Of a stretch of DNA of 64,000 bases, positions 21,978 through 32,262 are shown in pieces. Made by a program: the position numbers and the translations under genes. The notes beneath the pieces are model-generated. The model was not told the origin of the DNA. It saw nothing but the letters and a program-made list of their open reading frames with translations, and made no database searches. Numbering within the stretch: position 1 is the first letter of the stretch; the number at the start of each line of letters is the position of its first letter. This DNA comes from an uncultured bacterium (lineage in GTDB: Bacteria; Acidobacteriota; HRBIN11; JAKEFK01): contig CAVZQN010000007.1 of assembly GCA_963777505.1 (NCBI GenBank), positions 138,452-202,451 on the forward strand, in the 5' to 3' direction.

Positions 21978-22349
21978 TTAACTAGAAAAGAAATGCCAGA
22001 TCTCGGACCACCATGACTTGGATTGCGGATCCTGTTGCGGATTCTTTTGATTCTCCATTTTTGAGGATATATCCTGCATCATCTGCTCTGCTCGAGATGC
22101 TTCTCCCATCATGTCTTGCGCTTGTTGAACATCAGTTCTTTCTGCCAAGTCAGCATCCATATCTTTCTTCAATTCATCGATGAATGTTGTCCCTTGTTCA
22201 ATGGGCCCTAATTGTTGCTTTATCTTTTCAGAAGAATACGATACCCCTCCGATACCAAACTGTGTTTTTGTTTTAGGTTGGCCGCCCAGAATTTCATCAG
22301 ATGCCTGTGGCTGAACAATCTGCGTTCCCGTTCTTATTCCTTTAATCAT
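21978..22349 (-). CDS. Small Q-rich helical protein, putative export substrate
   Basis: GGAGG RBS, MIKGIRTG start, degenerate motif A FGIGGVSYSSE, QMMQDISSKME helix, sigma54 promoter upstream. Confidence 0.6.
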   Translation of the reverse strand: MIKGIRTGTQIVQPQASDEILGGQPKTKTQFGIGGVSYSSEKIKQQLGPIEQGTTFIDELKKDMDADLAERTDVQQAQDMMGEASRAEQMMQDISSKMENQKNPQQDPQSKSWWSEIWHFFSS

Positions 22350-22376
22350 TTGTTGCTGCCTCCGACTCCTGAACAA

Positions 22377-22392
22377 AGCAAGGCGCATACCA
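22377..22392 (-). promoter_or_regulatory. sigma54 -24/-12 promoter
   Basis: TGGTATGCGCCTTGCT (GG-N10-GC), about 28 bp upstream of ATG 22349. Confidence 0.75.
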
Positions 22393-22471
22393 ATCCTCAT
22401 CACGAGAAGCAGAAAGGAATTGAACAGAGGAACGCCTTTGCCAAAAAGCAAAAGATTTGCCGTTTCGCAAA

Positions 22472-22921
22472 TTAAGAGTTCCCGCTGCCGGCAAGAATTC
22501 GCACAATTTTAACCGGACCATTTGGGACTTGCCGCTGATTGTAGAAAACAAACAATTGATTCGACTGCTGAGATGACATAAATGCTGTAACACCGGCAGC
22601 TGAACTTAGCTGCGAATTGTCTTGCGCGGCAAAAGCAAGGATTGCTTCCTCAGCTTTCACCAGAAGGTCATAACCTTTGCCTCTTGCGATGAATTGAACG
22701 GAATCATCTGCCTGACCATAGTTCGGCTCAAAGGTAAGTGGAAGTGTGGAAAAAGATTCTGCAATTTTGTTTTGATCATCGATTGCAGGCAAGGAAATCT
22801 GAGGAGCAACATCAATTGAAGTTGTCCGGCTGTTCGCAATTGGCTGACTGAAAATTCCCGCCGGAATTTGCAGCTGCAAAATTAAGATAACAACGAAGAA
22901 TTTGAATTTGATGTGCATCAT
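22472..22921 (-). pseudogene. Truncated N-terminal fragment of an SBBP-repeat protein
   Basis: Signal peptide plus LPLTFEPNYGQADDSVQFIARGKGY, paralogous to the start of 47145..49223, but ends after about 150 aa. Confidence 0.65.
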
Positions 22922-22980
22922 TCCTCCCACCTTCTCTGATGTTGCAGATCAAAATTCTATCAGAAAAACGGGATTCTGAT

Positions 22981-25635
22981 TTAGCGGATGCAGACGCTTT
23001 CGAAACTGCCGGTTGTACCCTTCACCTGGTAACCTGCCGAACCGGTTGGAGCTACAGTTGGAATCAAATTAGCTACATTTGCGCCATCAACATTCAATTG
23101 AATAGTGCTGCCATCGTAGGTCAGGGTGACATGATAGGAAACATTTGGCAGGATTGTCAGCGCAGCTTTTGTCTTTGCAACGATTCTTCCATTCACGCGC
23201 TGTCTTAGAATCCATTTGTCATTTTCTTCTTTCATTAAAAGTTCGATCGTATTTTGTTTATCGAGATACCATCCAAGCAGCCAAATTTTGTTTCGGAATC
23301 CGCCGGCAGTCTGCATAAATGTATCGATCGTGCAGTTTGTACCACAACCAATAAAACCGGTTGCGATTACCGACGCTTTCTTTTGCGATGACGATCCAAT
23401 CATCGCGTCACCGGCTTCAGTGAAACTGGGTTTCAGAATCGTCCACTTTGATGTATCAACAATTCCATCATCAAATGGATCTTCAAACATGCAAGGCGGG
23501 GTTGCTGTACAAAGATTCAATAACACGGATACATTATTTGCGTCTGAATTAGCTGTGATCAAATCAAGTTTTCCATCATGATTCAGATCGGCTGTGAATC
23601 CGGACCGGGGCCGTTTCGCCGTTGGGAAAGCGACAGCAGAACCAAAAGTGCCATTTCCATTTCCGGGTAAGATCCAAATGTTGTCCAGCGTATATTGAAT
23701 TGAAGCTAAATCTACAATTCCATCTGAAGTCCAATCACCTGCAACTAGTGAATAAGGTTCTGGGCCCACAGGCTTATGCGTTACGCCTCCAAATGTTCCG
23801 TTTCCATTTCCTAACCGGACGGAAATATTGCCGGAGACACGATTCGAAGTCGCCAGATCGAGATTTCCATCCTGATTGAAATCGCCCGTTACTACCGTGT
23901 AAGGAGCATTGCCCATCGAATAGTTTGTTGCTGCACTAAAAGTTCCATTTCCATTTCCAAGGAATACAGAAACGTTATGGCTGGAAAAATTTGAAGCGAC
24001 GAGATCAAGGTTTCCATCTCTATTCCAATCGGCAGTAATTACTGACATCGTTCCAGAACCTGCAGGCAAAAATGTTGGTCCAGTAAAATTTCCATTGCCA
24101 TTGCCTAGATGAATTGCAACATTTTGGGATTGTGAATTCGCGACAGCTACATCGAGATTTGAATCTTCATTCCAATCTCCTGCAACGATCGAATACGAGC
24201 CACTTCCTGTAGCGAAATGAATTGCAGGGTCAAATGTTCCGTTGCCATTGCCGCGCAGTAAAGAGAAATTGCTTGAAGAATTATTAGCCACAACCAAATC
24301 CAAATCTCCATCCTCATTGAAGTCAGCGGAAGCAACTGAAACGGGCAAGGAACCGGCGGTATATGGAGTATGCGATCCGAAACTTCCTGACCCGTCTCCG
24401 ATCAACACAGAAATTCCGGCAACGTTGGCGGTTGCAAGATCCAGGTCTCCATCTTCGTTCCAGTCACCAGCGGTAACAAAGAACGGAAAATTGTTCGTTG
24501 GAAAATTAGTATGGCTGCGAAAGCCGCCACTGCCATTACCCGAAAAAACGGAAACATCATTCCCATCCACATTGCCAGTTGCTAGATCGGCATTGCCATC
24601 TTCATTGAAATCTCCCGCAACAATCGAATACGGACCGCTTCCTCCGGAAAGTTGCAAATCGACCGAAAAGGCGCCGTTACCATTCCCCTTTAAAACTGAA
24701 ACACGATTGTTGAATCGATGTGCTGTTGCAAGATCCGGTTTGCCATCTTCATTCCAGTCTCCGGAAACTACAGCATAGGTATTTGCACCAACACTGTAAT
24801 TGACTGCTGCATCAAATGTACCGTTACCGTTTCCCAACAAAATCGAAACATTGTTCGATGCAAGATTGGCAACCGCGAGATCCAGATTGCTATCAAGATT
24901 CCAATCTCCAGTAATCACCGATAGCGGATCACTCCCTGTTGTATAAGAAACTGGAAGGCCGAAACTTCCAGCTCCATCTCCAAGCAGAAGCGAGACATTA
25001 CCTGACGAACGGTTTACGGTAACAATGTCAAGGTTGCCATCTTCGTTCCAATCGCCAGATGTTACGGATGTTGGACGCATTCCCGTTGCAAAATTGAATG
25101 GACCGGTGAAGCTGCCGTTTCCGGAACCAAGCAAGAGAGAAACATTGTTCGAATTATTGTTTGCAACAACCAGATCCAAATTGCCGTCTTCATTCCAATC
25201 GCCGGATTTTACAAATTGAGGACTGTCACCAACTGAAAAATTATTCGGAGCAGCAAAGTCTCCTGTTCCATCACCTAATAAAACAGCAACGTTATCAGTT
25301 GAGCTCAGTGTTGCAACAAGATCAAGATTTCCATCCTCATTCCAATCACCTTTTTCCAGTGAGTAGATTAGATTTGCGTTTAGTTCACCTGAAGGAGGAT
25401 CAAAAGTACCGTTACCGTTGCCAAATAATACGGAGATGCCTGGTGCAAGAAAATTTGACGTTGCAATATCAAGATTTCCATCTTTATTCCAGTCGCCGGT
25501 AATAATAGCGGTTGGTGTATTACCTGTAGGAAAGATTTGTGAAGCTTGAAAATCAATTTCGCAGCCATTGGTTTGAGCGAAAGACGGAGAGATAGCGAAA
25601 AGTGTTAACGCTAAAAGAAATGCCCCCGTCCGCAT
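22981..25635 (-). CDS. Secreted FG-GAP/VCBS repeat beta-propeller protein with C-terminal lectin/LamG-like domain
   Basis: About 14 repeats of GDWNEDGNLDLxxAN...VSVLLGNGNGTF; signal peptide. Confidence 0.92.
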   Translation of the reverse strand: MRTGAFLLALTLFAISPSFAQTNGCEIDFQASQIFPTGNTPTAIITGDWNKDGNLDIATSNFLAPGISVLFGNGNGTFDPPSGELNANLIYSLEKGDWNEDGNLDLVATLSSTDNVAVLLGDGTGDFAAPNNFSVGDSPQFVKSGDWNEDGNLDLVVANNNSNNVSLLLGSGNGSFTGPFNFATGMRPTSVTSGDWNEDGNLDIVTVNRSSGNVSLLLGDGAGSFGLPVSYTTGSDPLSVITGDWNLDSNLDLAVANLASNNVSILLGNGNGTFDAAVNYSVGANTYAVVSGDWNEDGKPDLATAHRFNNRVSVLKGNGNGAFSVDLQLSGGSGPYSIVAGDFNEDGNADLATGNVDGNDVSVFSGNGSGGFRSHTNFPTNNFPFFVTAGDWNEDGDLDLATANVAGISVLIGDGSGSFGSHTPYTAGSLPVSVASADFNEDGDLDLVVANNSSSNFSLLRGNGNGTFDPAIHFATGSGSYSIVAGDWNEDSNLDVAVANSQSQNVAIHLGNGNGNFTGPTFLPAGSGTMSVITADWNRDGNLDLVASNFSSHNVSVFLGNGNGTFSAATNYSMGNAPYTVVTGDFNQDGNLDLATSNRVSGNISVRLGNGNGTFGGVTHKPVGPEPYSLVAGDWTSDGIVDLASIQYTLDNIWILPGNGNGTFGSAVAFPTAKRPRSGFTADLNHDGKLDLITANSDANNVSVLLNLCTATPPCMFEDPFDDGIVDTSKWTILKPSFTEAGDAMIGSSSQKKASVIATGFIGCGTNCTIDTFMQTAGGFRNKIWLLGWYLDKQNTIELLMKEENDKWILRQRVNGRIVAKTKAALTILPNVSYHVTLTYDGSTIQLNVDGANVANLIPTVAPTGSAGYQVKGTTGSFESVCIR

Positions 25636-25740
25636 GAGTCCCCGAACTATTGTATATCAGATGGATTCCATTGGTAACTTTGTTGCCAACCCTCAACAAC
25701 TGAGTTGACGTTTCGGTAGTGACTGCTCGTCGATGAAACG

Positions 25741-25759
25741 TTGGCATGTCGATTGCCAA
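25741..25759. promoter_or_regulatory. Palindromic site readable as a sigma54 -24/-12 motif on both strands
   Basis: TTGGCATGTCGATTGCCAA: TGG-N10-GC on + and on - (TTGGCAATCGACATGCC); about 105 bp upstream of the FG-GAP gene. Confidence 0.4.
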
Positions 25760-25880
25760 GGCCGAATGTCTTATCGCTTATGATTTTTTATCAACCATAC
25801 GCCGTTGTTGCGAAGTGTTATCAACTAAATTGCCAGAGTATCTTGTTTTCGCTCGTGAGCGACTTGGCATCTCCTTTACT

Positions 25881-26936
25881 TTAGTAACGCTTCCCTTCCC
25901 ATTTAGGAGTACACAAAAGAAACGGTCGATCAAGATCATAGTTGATACACGCCGGCTCTGAAGTCTCTTCCGGAATTTCATCCCATAGATTCTTACAGGA
26001 GAGTGCATTCGCCATCGCTTTCGCTATGCTAGTCTTTGCACGAAGATCGAGATAGAGGAATTGTCCAGCAGGATTGATCTCCAGGAAAACAAATTCTCCA
26101 TCAGGTTTTCGTCTTAGATCAAATGCTCCATAACGCAGGCCTAATTGGTTCATGAACTTTCTAAGAGCCGATAAAAGAGAATCAGGAATTATATCTACCC
26201 GGCATTGGGTTTCGGGGTCCATGCTCACATCCAGCGGATAGCGGGAATTCATCGTATCAAACGTTACAGCCTGAACGAATTCATCAATGAGAACTATTCG
26301 ATAATCTTCGCCGCCAGGAATGAATTCCTGGAATACAACTGGGCAGACTGCAACATGATCCAGCTTCGCTATCAGTTCATCAGTAATCTCTTGAGTCGGA
26401 CGCCAAATCTGATCGGTACCAAACAGGGCTTTGAATACAACTCGCTCATGATTCCGTATGAAGTTTGCAGCCTCATGAGGTGAGGATGTGACGAGTGTTT
26501 CTGGAATAGACATTCTACATTCGCGAGCAACATGCAGCTGAAAAATCTTTCTTGTGGCAAGAAGGTTCGATTGAAAATAGTTGTACCATCGAATTTTCTG
26601 GGACAGAATGGCCATTAGGCCTGCCCAAAAATGGGAGTGTTCCTCAATCAGGAATTCAGCAACTTCTTTGTTGAGATGATCATTGACTGGAAATGTTGTT
26701 GGTCTCCACCACCAGACTGCCTCCACTCGATCAAGATAAAACTTTTCTCCGTTTTGGTTATGGATGACAACACAGGGCGAATCCGAAAATTGAACTGACG
26801 CACAACATTGTCCTGAAAACAGAGAAAAGTCACAAATCAATGCACGCGTATTGCGTGTGAGGTGTGGCAGTACCGCTTGTACATGAGGATCGTTTGCCGC
26901 TGAAAATATCAACAGATTGGGATGATGTACGGACAT
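25881..26936 (-). CDS. ATP-grasp ligase, MvdC/MvdD-RimK-like (putative graspetide maturase)
   Basis: SxxxDPH..AV, AVWWWRP, RKIFQLHVA..C.MSIPETLVTS, VVFK, PVVFQEFIPG, LGLRYGAFDL, VFLEINPAGQF. Confidence 0.85.
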   Translation of the reverse strand: MSVHHPNLLIFSAANDPHVQAVLPHLTRNTRALICDFSLFSGQCCASVQFSDSPCVVIHNQNGEKFYLDRVEAVWWWRPTTFPVNDHLNKEVAEFLIEEHSHFWAGLMAILSQKIRWYNYFQSNLLATRKIFQLHVARECRMSIPETLVTSSPHEAANFIRNHERVVFKALFGTDQIWRPTQEITDELIAKLDHVAVCPVVFQEFIPGGEDYRIVLIDEFVQAVTFDTMNSRYPLDVSMDPETQCRVDIIPDSLLSALRKFMNQLGLRYGAFDLRRKPDGEFVFLEINPAGQFLYLDLRAKTSIAKAMANALSCKNLWDEIPEETSEPACINYDLDRPFLLCTPKWEGKRY

Positions 26937-27012
26937 ACTACAGCTAAATGCTCGCGAATATAATATACTGCATAGCGAAATGAATAAGATACTCCATTAG
27001 GAGGAGTTCGTA

Positions 27013-27582
27013 ATGGCATCGGATGGAATAACAAAACTGATCAAGGTCACACAACAGAAGTCGACAAACGCGAATGAAGAAGCCTTAGAAGGGGCGGCAA
27101 ACCAGCGATCTAATATAGATAAGCAAAAATCGCTAAGAGATGTACAGAAAACCCTCGATTCTTTTACGCAAGACTCCTCGATGTCGCGAGCTGATACCAA
27201 GGCAACTGCGAAACCCGGTGCGAATTTGAATTCAGGCGCCATTGCCTCAGAAGCTTCCGTTTCTAAGCCCGCAAGCTATCTCACAAGATTTTCGAAATCG
27301 GGCTTTGAGAAGTCCAGTCTGTTTTCAGCAGCCGGGTTAGCAAAAAATCTAGTCGATGTTCGCTCCAGCCCCACACATTACGCCAGCGGACTCAATGCCT
27401 TTGTGAAAGCACTCAGGGAAAGGTTTGAGGAATCAACCAAGGACCTTGAAGGAAAGGATAAACTGGGAAATTTTGAGATTAATAACTTGCTGAGCGTTTT
27501 CAATCAAGCGGAAACTCTGGCAGCTAGCACGAAAAAGAAGACCGATGATCAAAACGGTTCTGTAGCCGGGAAGATAGGATGA
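27013..27582 (+). CDS. Putative T3SS-like substrate with needle/translocator-like C-terminal helix
   Basis: AGGAGG RBS; S/T/A-rich N-terminus; C-terminal DKLGNFEINNLLSVFNQAETLAASTKKKTDDQNGSVAGKIG; overlaps chaperone gene by 4 bp. Confidence 0.6.
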   Translation: MASDGITKLIKVTQQKSTNANEEALEGAANQRSNIDKQKSLRDVQKTLDSFTQDSSMSRADTKATAKPGANLNSGAIASEASVSKPASYLTRFSKSGFEKSSLFSAAGLAKNLVDVRSSPTHYASGLNAFVKALRERFEESTKDLEGKDKLGNFEINNLLSVFNQAETLAASTKKKTDDQNGSVAGKIG

Positions 27583-28022
27583 CCGAAAAAAACCAACGAC
27601 AGGAAAAAAACCAGAGCGGTGAACAAGTATCTTCCGAAGCGCTTGCATCGGCCCTTCATTTTGCTCTACTTCATGAAGAGAACGGCCAGTACGATACTGC
27701 TGTAGCCGCTTTCAAATCCCTTCTATTGATGGATCCGTTAAATCCTTATTTTCACGCGATGCTCGGCTCGATCTATCAAAGGCAAGGGGATTATGAAAGC
27801 GCCATCCAACAATACACGGAAGCACTAAAAATATTTCCATCTGATATAGACTCGCTTACCAATCTCGGTGAGATACTGCTGAAGATAGCACAACCCCAAA
27901 GAGCTATACAGTGTTTAAAACAAGCAGTGGAGATAGATACAGAGGGGAATCATCCCTCCGCGAATCGTGCCCGACTTATGTTGTCCCGTTTACTAGAAAC
28001 AGTCGATCCAACTTCCAAGTAA
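27579..28022 (+). CDS. Small TPR protein resembling SycD/LcrH class II T3SS chaperones
   Basis: 147 aa, three TPRs (GQYDTAVAAFKSLLLMDPLNPYFHAMLGSIYQRQG...), terminal HPSANRARLML helix, coupled to upstream substrate-like gene. Confidence 0.65.
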   Translation: MTEKNQRQEKNQSGEQVSSEALASALHFALLHEENGQYDTAVAAFKSLLLMDPLNPYFHAMLGSIYQRQGDYESAIQQYTEALKIFPSDIDSLTNLGEILLKIAQPQRAIQCLKQAVEIDTEGNHPSANRARLMLSRLLETVDPTSK

Positions 28023-28221
28023 ACCGAAATCGGAACACAATGTCCTGTGCTTCCGGACGAAAAAAGAAATACCCACGAAGAAGAACTTGACAAGGAGATA
28101 CTCATTCGTCGCAATTACGCTTAATCCAGTTTCAAAATCATACTTTAGTGACGATGACTGATTAATAGAGAGCGCTTTCTGCCACTCACTTTTTGCCGGG
28201 AGCAAAAGATTTAGTCCAGGC

Positions 28222-28968
28222 TCAGGAAAGGTTCAAGCGTGTTAAAAGGGGAAAGTGGTCCGAAGCCTGGTTAGCAGGATGCTGATCAACGATGGTGCAT
28301 TCGGTAAGACGATCGATAAATCTTTCGGGCAAGAAAACGTAATCAAAACGGAGATGCGGGTCTCTTGTTGGAAATGTATAGCCTTCGACATCACTATGCA
28401 ATTTCCGGAAGCCGTCTGCGTAGCCATTCTTTTGAATCAGTTTTACAGTCTCTCGCTGAACGTCGCGGCCACTTAACCATACAAGGGTGCGTATCCAGTA
28501 TGGCATTTTTGCAGTTGGCAATAATTCATCAGGCGCAATCGAATTAAAGTCGCCTGTTAAAACGTGGAATCCTTCTTGATGTTTCTGAATTCCATTCAGC
28601 AACGCTTGAATTTCTACCACACGACGCCTTTCACCCCATTTAGAAAACATTGCCCTGAGATGAACTCCAAAAATACGTACGTTCGTTCCTGAGGGTTCAA
28701 GCTCTAAGAAGCTGTGCCTGGATCCTTTTGGATGATGCCATTCATGATGTGCAATTTCGATCCGGCTGCAGAAAGCATTGGAATGATTCCGCCTTGAAGC
28801 CCAGAATGGCATCTCGCCTAATTTTGAAATTCGCTCAACGGCTGCCGGATCGATCGCTTCTTGAAATAAAACAATATCGGGAGCGGCTGTGCGAATCACT
28901 TCAGCCAATAAAGATTCCCTGCCTCTGCCACCGTAACGGATGTTATAACTGAGAAGAGTCAAGATCAC
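28222..28968 (-). CDS. Endonuclease/exonuclease/phosphatase family protein
   Basis: LSYNI, DIVLFQEA, GDFNS, RFDYVF, ASDHFPL motifs. Confidence 0.92.
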   Translation of the reverse strand: MILTLLSYNIRYGGRGRESLLAEVIRTAAPDIVLFQEAIDPAAVERISKLGEMPFWASRRNHSNAFCSRIEIAHHEWHHPKGSRHSFLELEPSGTNVRIFGVHLRAMFSKWGERRRVVEIQALLNGIQKHQEGFHVLTGDFNSIAPDELLPTAKMPYWIRTLVWLSGRDVQRETVKLIQKNGYADGFRKLHSDVEGYTFPTRDPHLRFDYVFLPERFIDRLTECTIVDQHPANQASDHFPLLTRLNLS

Positions 28969-29444
28969 GAAGTTTCGCCCGATTTAATGAGTGTGAAATA
29001 GGGCTGGTCGAACAAAACGTCGCGGAGAAATAAAATGAAGTTGGCAGTCGCTTGAAAATTAACAGGACGACCAATCATTTTTTGTAATTCTTCACGGAGT
29101 CCTTTTAGATCGGAAGCAACATCGGGATCCTTATCACATAACGGCTTCGTGTGAAGTTTCGGAATATAAAAAGCATCTTCATGCCATTTCGCGATTACTT
29201 CATCTCCGATCAGCGTAACATCCAGATCGCTTGTGCCTTCACCATCGGCATCAAATTCTTTTTGATCTTCAAAGCGTTCGTTTGTGACAACGCTTCCGCG
29301 CAAGGCCACACCTGTACTTGGCGGCAGCCCTGCCTGCAGCTTTTCACAAAATGTTTTCAATAACTCTTCGTCGCCTTTAAATCCGAGTCTGATGATTCTT
29401 TTGCGAATTTCCTGCTCTGTCATGTCATCTGTGTCTTTTGCCAT
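28965..29444 (-). CDS. Hypothetical protein with Pol-beta-like nucleotidyltransferase signature
   Basis: LRGSVVT...SDLDVTL; 4-bp overlap with the EEP gene. Confidence 0.6.
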   Translation of the reverse strand: MAKDTDDMTEQEIRKRIIRLGFKGDEELLKTFCEKLQAGLPPSTGVALRGSVVTNERFEDQKEFDADGEGTSDLDVTLIGDEVIAKWHEDAFYIPKLHTKPLCDKDPDVASDLKGLREELQKMIGRPVNFQATANFILFLRDVLFDQPYFTLIKSGETS

Positions 29445-29736
29445 GCCTAATAAGATAGGTATGGCGTAGAGGTAAAACTACTTTATATTCACAGGATCCA
29501 ATCGATTGATTTCCAACCTTTCGATCATGAGTTCCTCCTGTCACCCAGATACGCAGGGGTCAGGCACAAATGGCTCACACCCGGTTGAGCATGGTGATGC
29601 GAATGATTAAAGGCCGATTCAAACGAAGTTGTTATTGAGGGCTTTACAGCTCGCGGAGAGGCAAAAGGAATGAAAGAATAAGAAGAAATTTAGACGACAA
29701 AACGAAAGTTAGTTTCACTGAAGGCCAAATGATAAA

Positions 29737-29973
29737 ATGTATGTTGTAACAACTTACATGTCCGTTATTCAAATGAACAAGCGCGTGAACGCCAACACCT
29801 CCAGGATTCGTCCTGATCCGGTAATAGAACTCTACAAAAAAGACATCGACCGTACCCTTCTACGTGAAAACTTGAAGCTTACTGTGCAGCAACGTTTTGA
29901 AAACTTGATGGCTCTTCAGCGGTTTGCTGCGGAACTTCAAAGCGCCGGCCACAGGCTTCGACATCCACGATGA
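29737..29973 (+). CDS. Small protein upstream of nucleotidyltransferase (antitoxin-like; start may be 29773)
   Basis: DIDRTLLRENLKLTVQQR; ATGA overlap with next gene. Confidence 0.65.
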   Translation: MYVVTTYMSVIQMNKRVNANTSRIRPDPVIELYKKDIDRTLLRENLKLTVQQRFENLMALQRFAAELQSAGHRLRHPR

Positions 29974-30449
29974 CAGAATTTGATAAGCTCATTACGCTTC
30001 TGGTGAGTTCAGGAGTGCGGTTTATCGTTATAGGTGGAGCAGCAGCAACGGCTCATGGATCCGCTCGGCTTACTGAAGATTTAGACATTGTCTACCAAAG
30101 AACGAAAGAGAACATCTCAGCTCTTGTCAAAACAATCGCGCCATATCAGCCCTATTTGCGCGGTGCTCCGCCTGGGCTGCCATTTCTTTGGGATGAAGAA
30201 ACTATTTCGAACGGACTCAATTTTACGCTGATTACAACGCTTGGTGCATTAGATCTTTTGGGTCATGTCACTGGTGGGGGTACATACGAAGATTTGCTGA
30301 AAGATTCGGTTAGCCTGGAACTGTTTGGAATTGAGTGCAAGGTTCTTGGATTAAGACGGTTGATTGAGGTCAAAAGAGCAGCAGGACGTGTTCGAGATCT
30401 TGAAGTGGTGGCCGAACTTGAAGCGCTGTCAGACGAAACAGAATCTTGA
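29970..30449 (+). CDS. Nucleotidyltransferase family protein (TA-like pair)
   Basis: FIVIGGAAATAHGSARLTEDLDI ... LIEVKRAAGRVRD. Confidence 0.8.
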   Translation: MTEFDKLITLLVSSGVRFIVIGGAAATAHGSARLTEDLDIVYQRTKENISALVKTIAPYQPYLRGAPPGLPFLWDEETISNGLNFTLITTLGALDLLGHVTGGGTYEDLLKDSVSLELFGIECKVLGLRRLIEVKRAAGRVRDLEVVAELEALSDETES

Positions 30450-30577
30450 TTTACAAGTCAAGTCTCGAACTAGTACTCGCGGATTTCATTTCTGCTTCAT
30501 CAAAACACCAACACATATTATTCGATCCAAGCCGTAACGAATGGCTCCCAGAAACGTTATAGTAATTGAAAAATGTT

Positions 30578-31015
30578 ATGAGCGAAAAAACTGCAAATCA
30601 AAACGGATCAAAAATCGTTATCCTTTCTCCCGGTGAAGGGCGTTCGTATCCGATGGGACGGATCAGCAGTGTGTTTAAGGCAGATGGAGAAGAAACTGGA
30701 AAGAAGTATTCAGTTTCTGAGTGGTGGCTTGAACCTCACACGAAAGGACCAGGAGCGCACAGTCATGATGAAGACGATCTCTTTTACGTACTTGAAGGAA
30801 CGATGAGTGTGCTTGTTGATGGCCGCTGGATTCATGCTTCAAAAGGTTCGTTCATATTAATACCTGGTGGAGTTGAACATGATTTTGAGAACAGAAGCGG
30901 TCAGCGCTCTGGCATTTTAAATTTCTCGGTACCAGGCAATTTTGAATCGGAGATGCCAGCCATTTCCAAATGGTTCTTAGAGATCCTCCCGAAAGAGCCG
31001 GTAACTAATTCATAA
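30578..31015 (+). CDS. Cupin domain protein
   Basis: [18 protein letters not shown]...[14 protein letters not shown]. Confidence 0.88.
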   Translation: MSEKTANQNGSKIVILSPGEGRSYPMGRISSVFKADGEETGKKYSVSEWWLEPHTKGPGAHSHDEDDLFYVLEGTMSVLVDGRWIHASKGSFILIPGGVEHDFENRSGQRSGILNFSVPGNFESEMPAISKWFLEILPKEPVTNS

Positions 31016-31091
31016 GTTTTTGCACAGTGTCTCTGCTCGAGGCAATTTACAATCCTGCTGTACAATACAAACCAATGGTAAGGGTTCACTG

Positions 31092-32193
31092 GTGATCGGG
31101 GAAACTGTTTCACATTATCGCATTCTAAATAAGCTTGGTGGCGGCGGTATGGGCGTGGTGTATGAGGCAGAGGATCTGAACCTCAAACGTCATGTCGCAC
31201 TGAAATTCCTTCCTGAGGATTTAGTTGCAACTCCGGAAGCATTGGAACGATTCCGGCGTGAAGCTCAATCAGCATCTGCTCTGAACCATTCGAATATCTG
31301 CACAATCCACGAAATCGGCGAACACGAAGGACGTCCTTTCATTGCCATGGAAATGATGAAAGGAAAAACGTTGAAGCATGTCATCGATGGAATGCCGCTG
31401 GAAATCGATCAACTACTGGAACTGGCTACTCCAATTGCGGACGCGCTTGATGCAGCTCATGCCGAACACATCATTCATCGCGATATTAAGCCGGCCAACA
31501 TTTTCGTGACTGAACGCGGGTAGCAAAACTACTCGACTTTGGTCTAGCCAAACAGACCAGCTGACTGAAATCAGATACGGAGATGCCCACTGCCAGCACA
31601 CCGCAACAACTCACAAAAAGCGGATCGACTATGGGAACAGTTGCTTATATGTCGCCCGAACAAGCACGCGGAAAAGATCTCGATGCACGCACCGATCTTT
31701 TCTCATTTGGAGTTGTGCTCTACGAAATGGCAACTGGCGCACTTCCCTTTGAAGGTAAATCATCCGGAGAAACTCTGGAAGCAATCTTTACAAAAGAACC
31801 CGTTGCACCGGTTCGATTGAATTCGAAAGTGCCTGCCGATCTGGAACGGATCATCGCTAAAGCGATGGAAAAGGATCGCAATTTGCGATATCAAAGTGCG
31901 GCAGATATGCGTACCGATTTGCAGCGATTAAGGCGCGATACATCTATGCACTACCGTGCGAGCAGGTCTTAGACCCCGCCCCTACAGTCTAGCGTAAATT
32001 AATCGGAATCTGCTATTGTTGTAGTACTACTGGCAGCATCATTCTTCCTCCTCAGCGCGAACAACGAGACGGTGGCCTTTCCGAAATGAGAGGCGTTCCC
32101 CTGCTACGCAGCTTGCACAGTGAACCGCGCTGGATAGCTTTCCTGATTAAAATGAAACTGCCAGTCGATTTATCAGCGAACGCCTGCGCTTGA
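31092..32193 (+). pseudogene. Decayed Ser/Thr kinase (kinase-TM-TPR type) with indels and a large internal deletion
   Basis: Kinase motifs [19 protein letters not shown], (shifted) [16 protein letters not shown] over several frames; TM IVVVLLAASFFLL fused directly to family C-terminus RDGGLSEMRGVPLLRSLHSEPRW. Confidence 0.85.
31960..31985 (-). repeat. GTAG-type REP-like palindrome inside the kinase relic
   Basis: GTAGGGGCGGGGTCTAAGACCTGCTC on minus strand; near match to 62310 and 63441 copies. Confidence 0.75.
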
Positions 32194-32262
32194 ATCAGCG
32201 CGGGGTGAGCTCCCAAACCATGATTGGGATCATATATATTTATCGCTAACTGAGCCATCAGC

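Noticed and set aside
23500-25560. Regular ~147-bp repeats that could suggest a CRISPR or DNA repeat array
   Set aside because: Degenerate and codon-phased; fully explained by FG-GAP protein repeats
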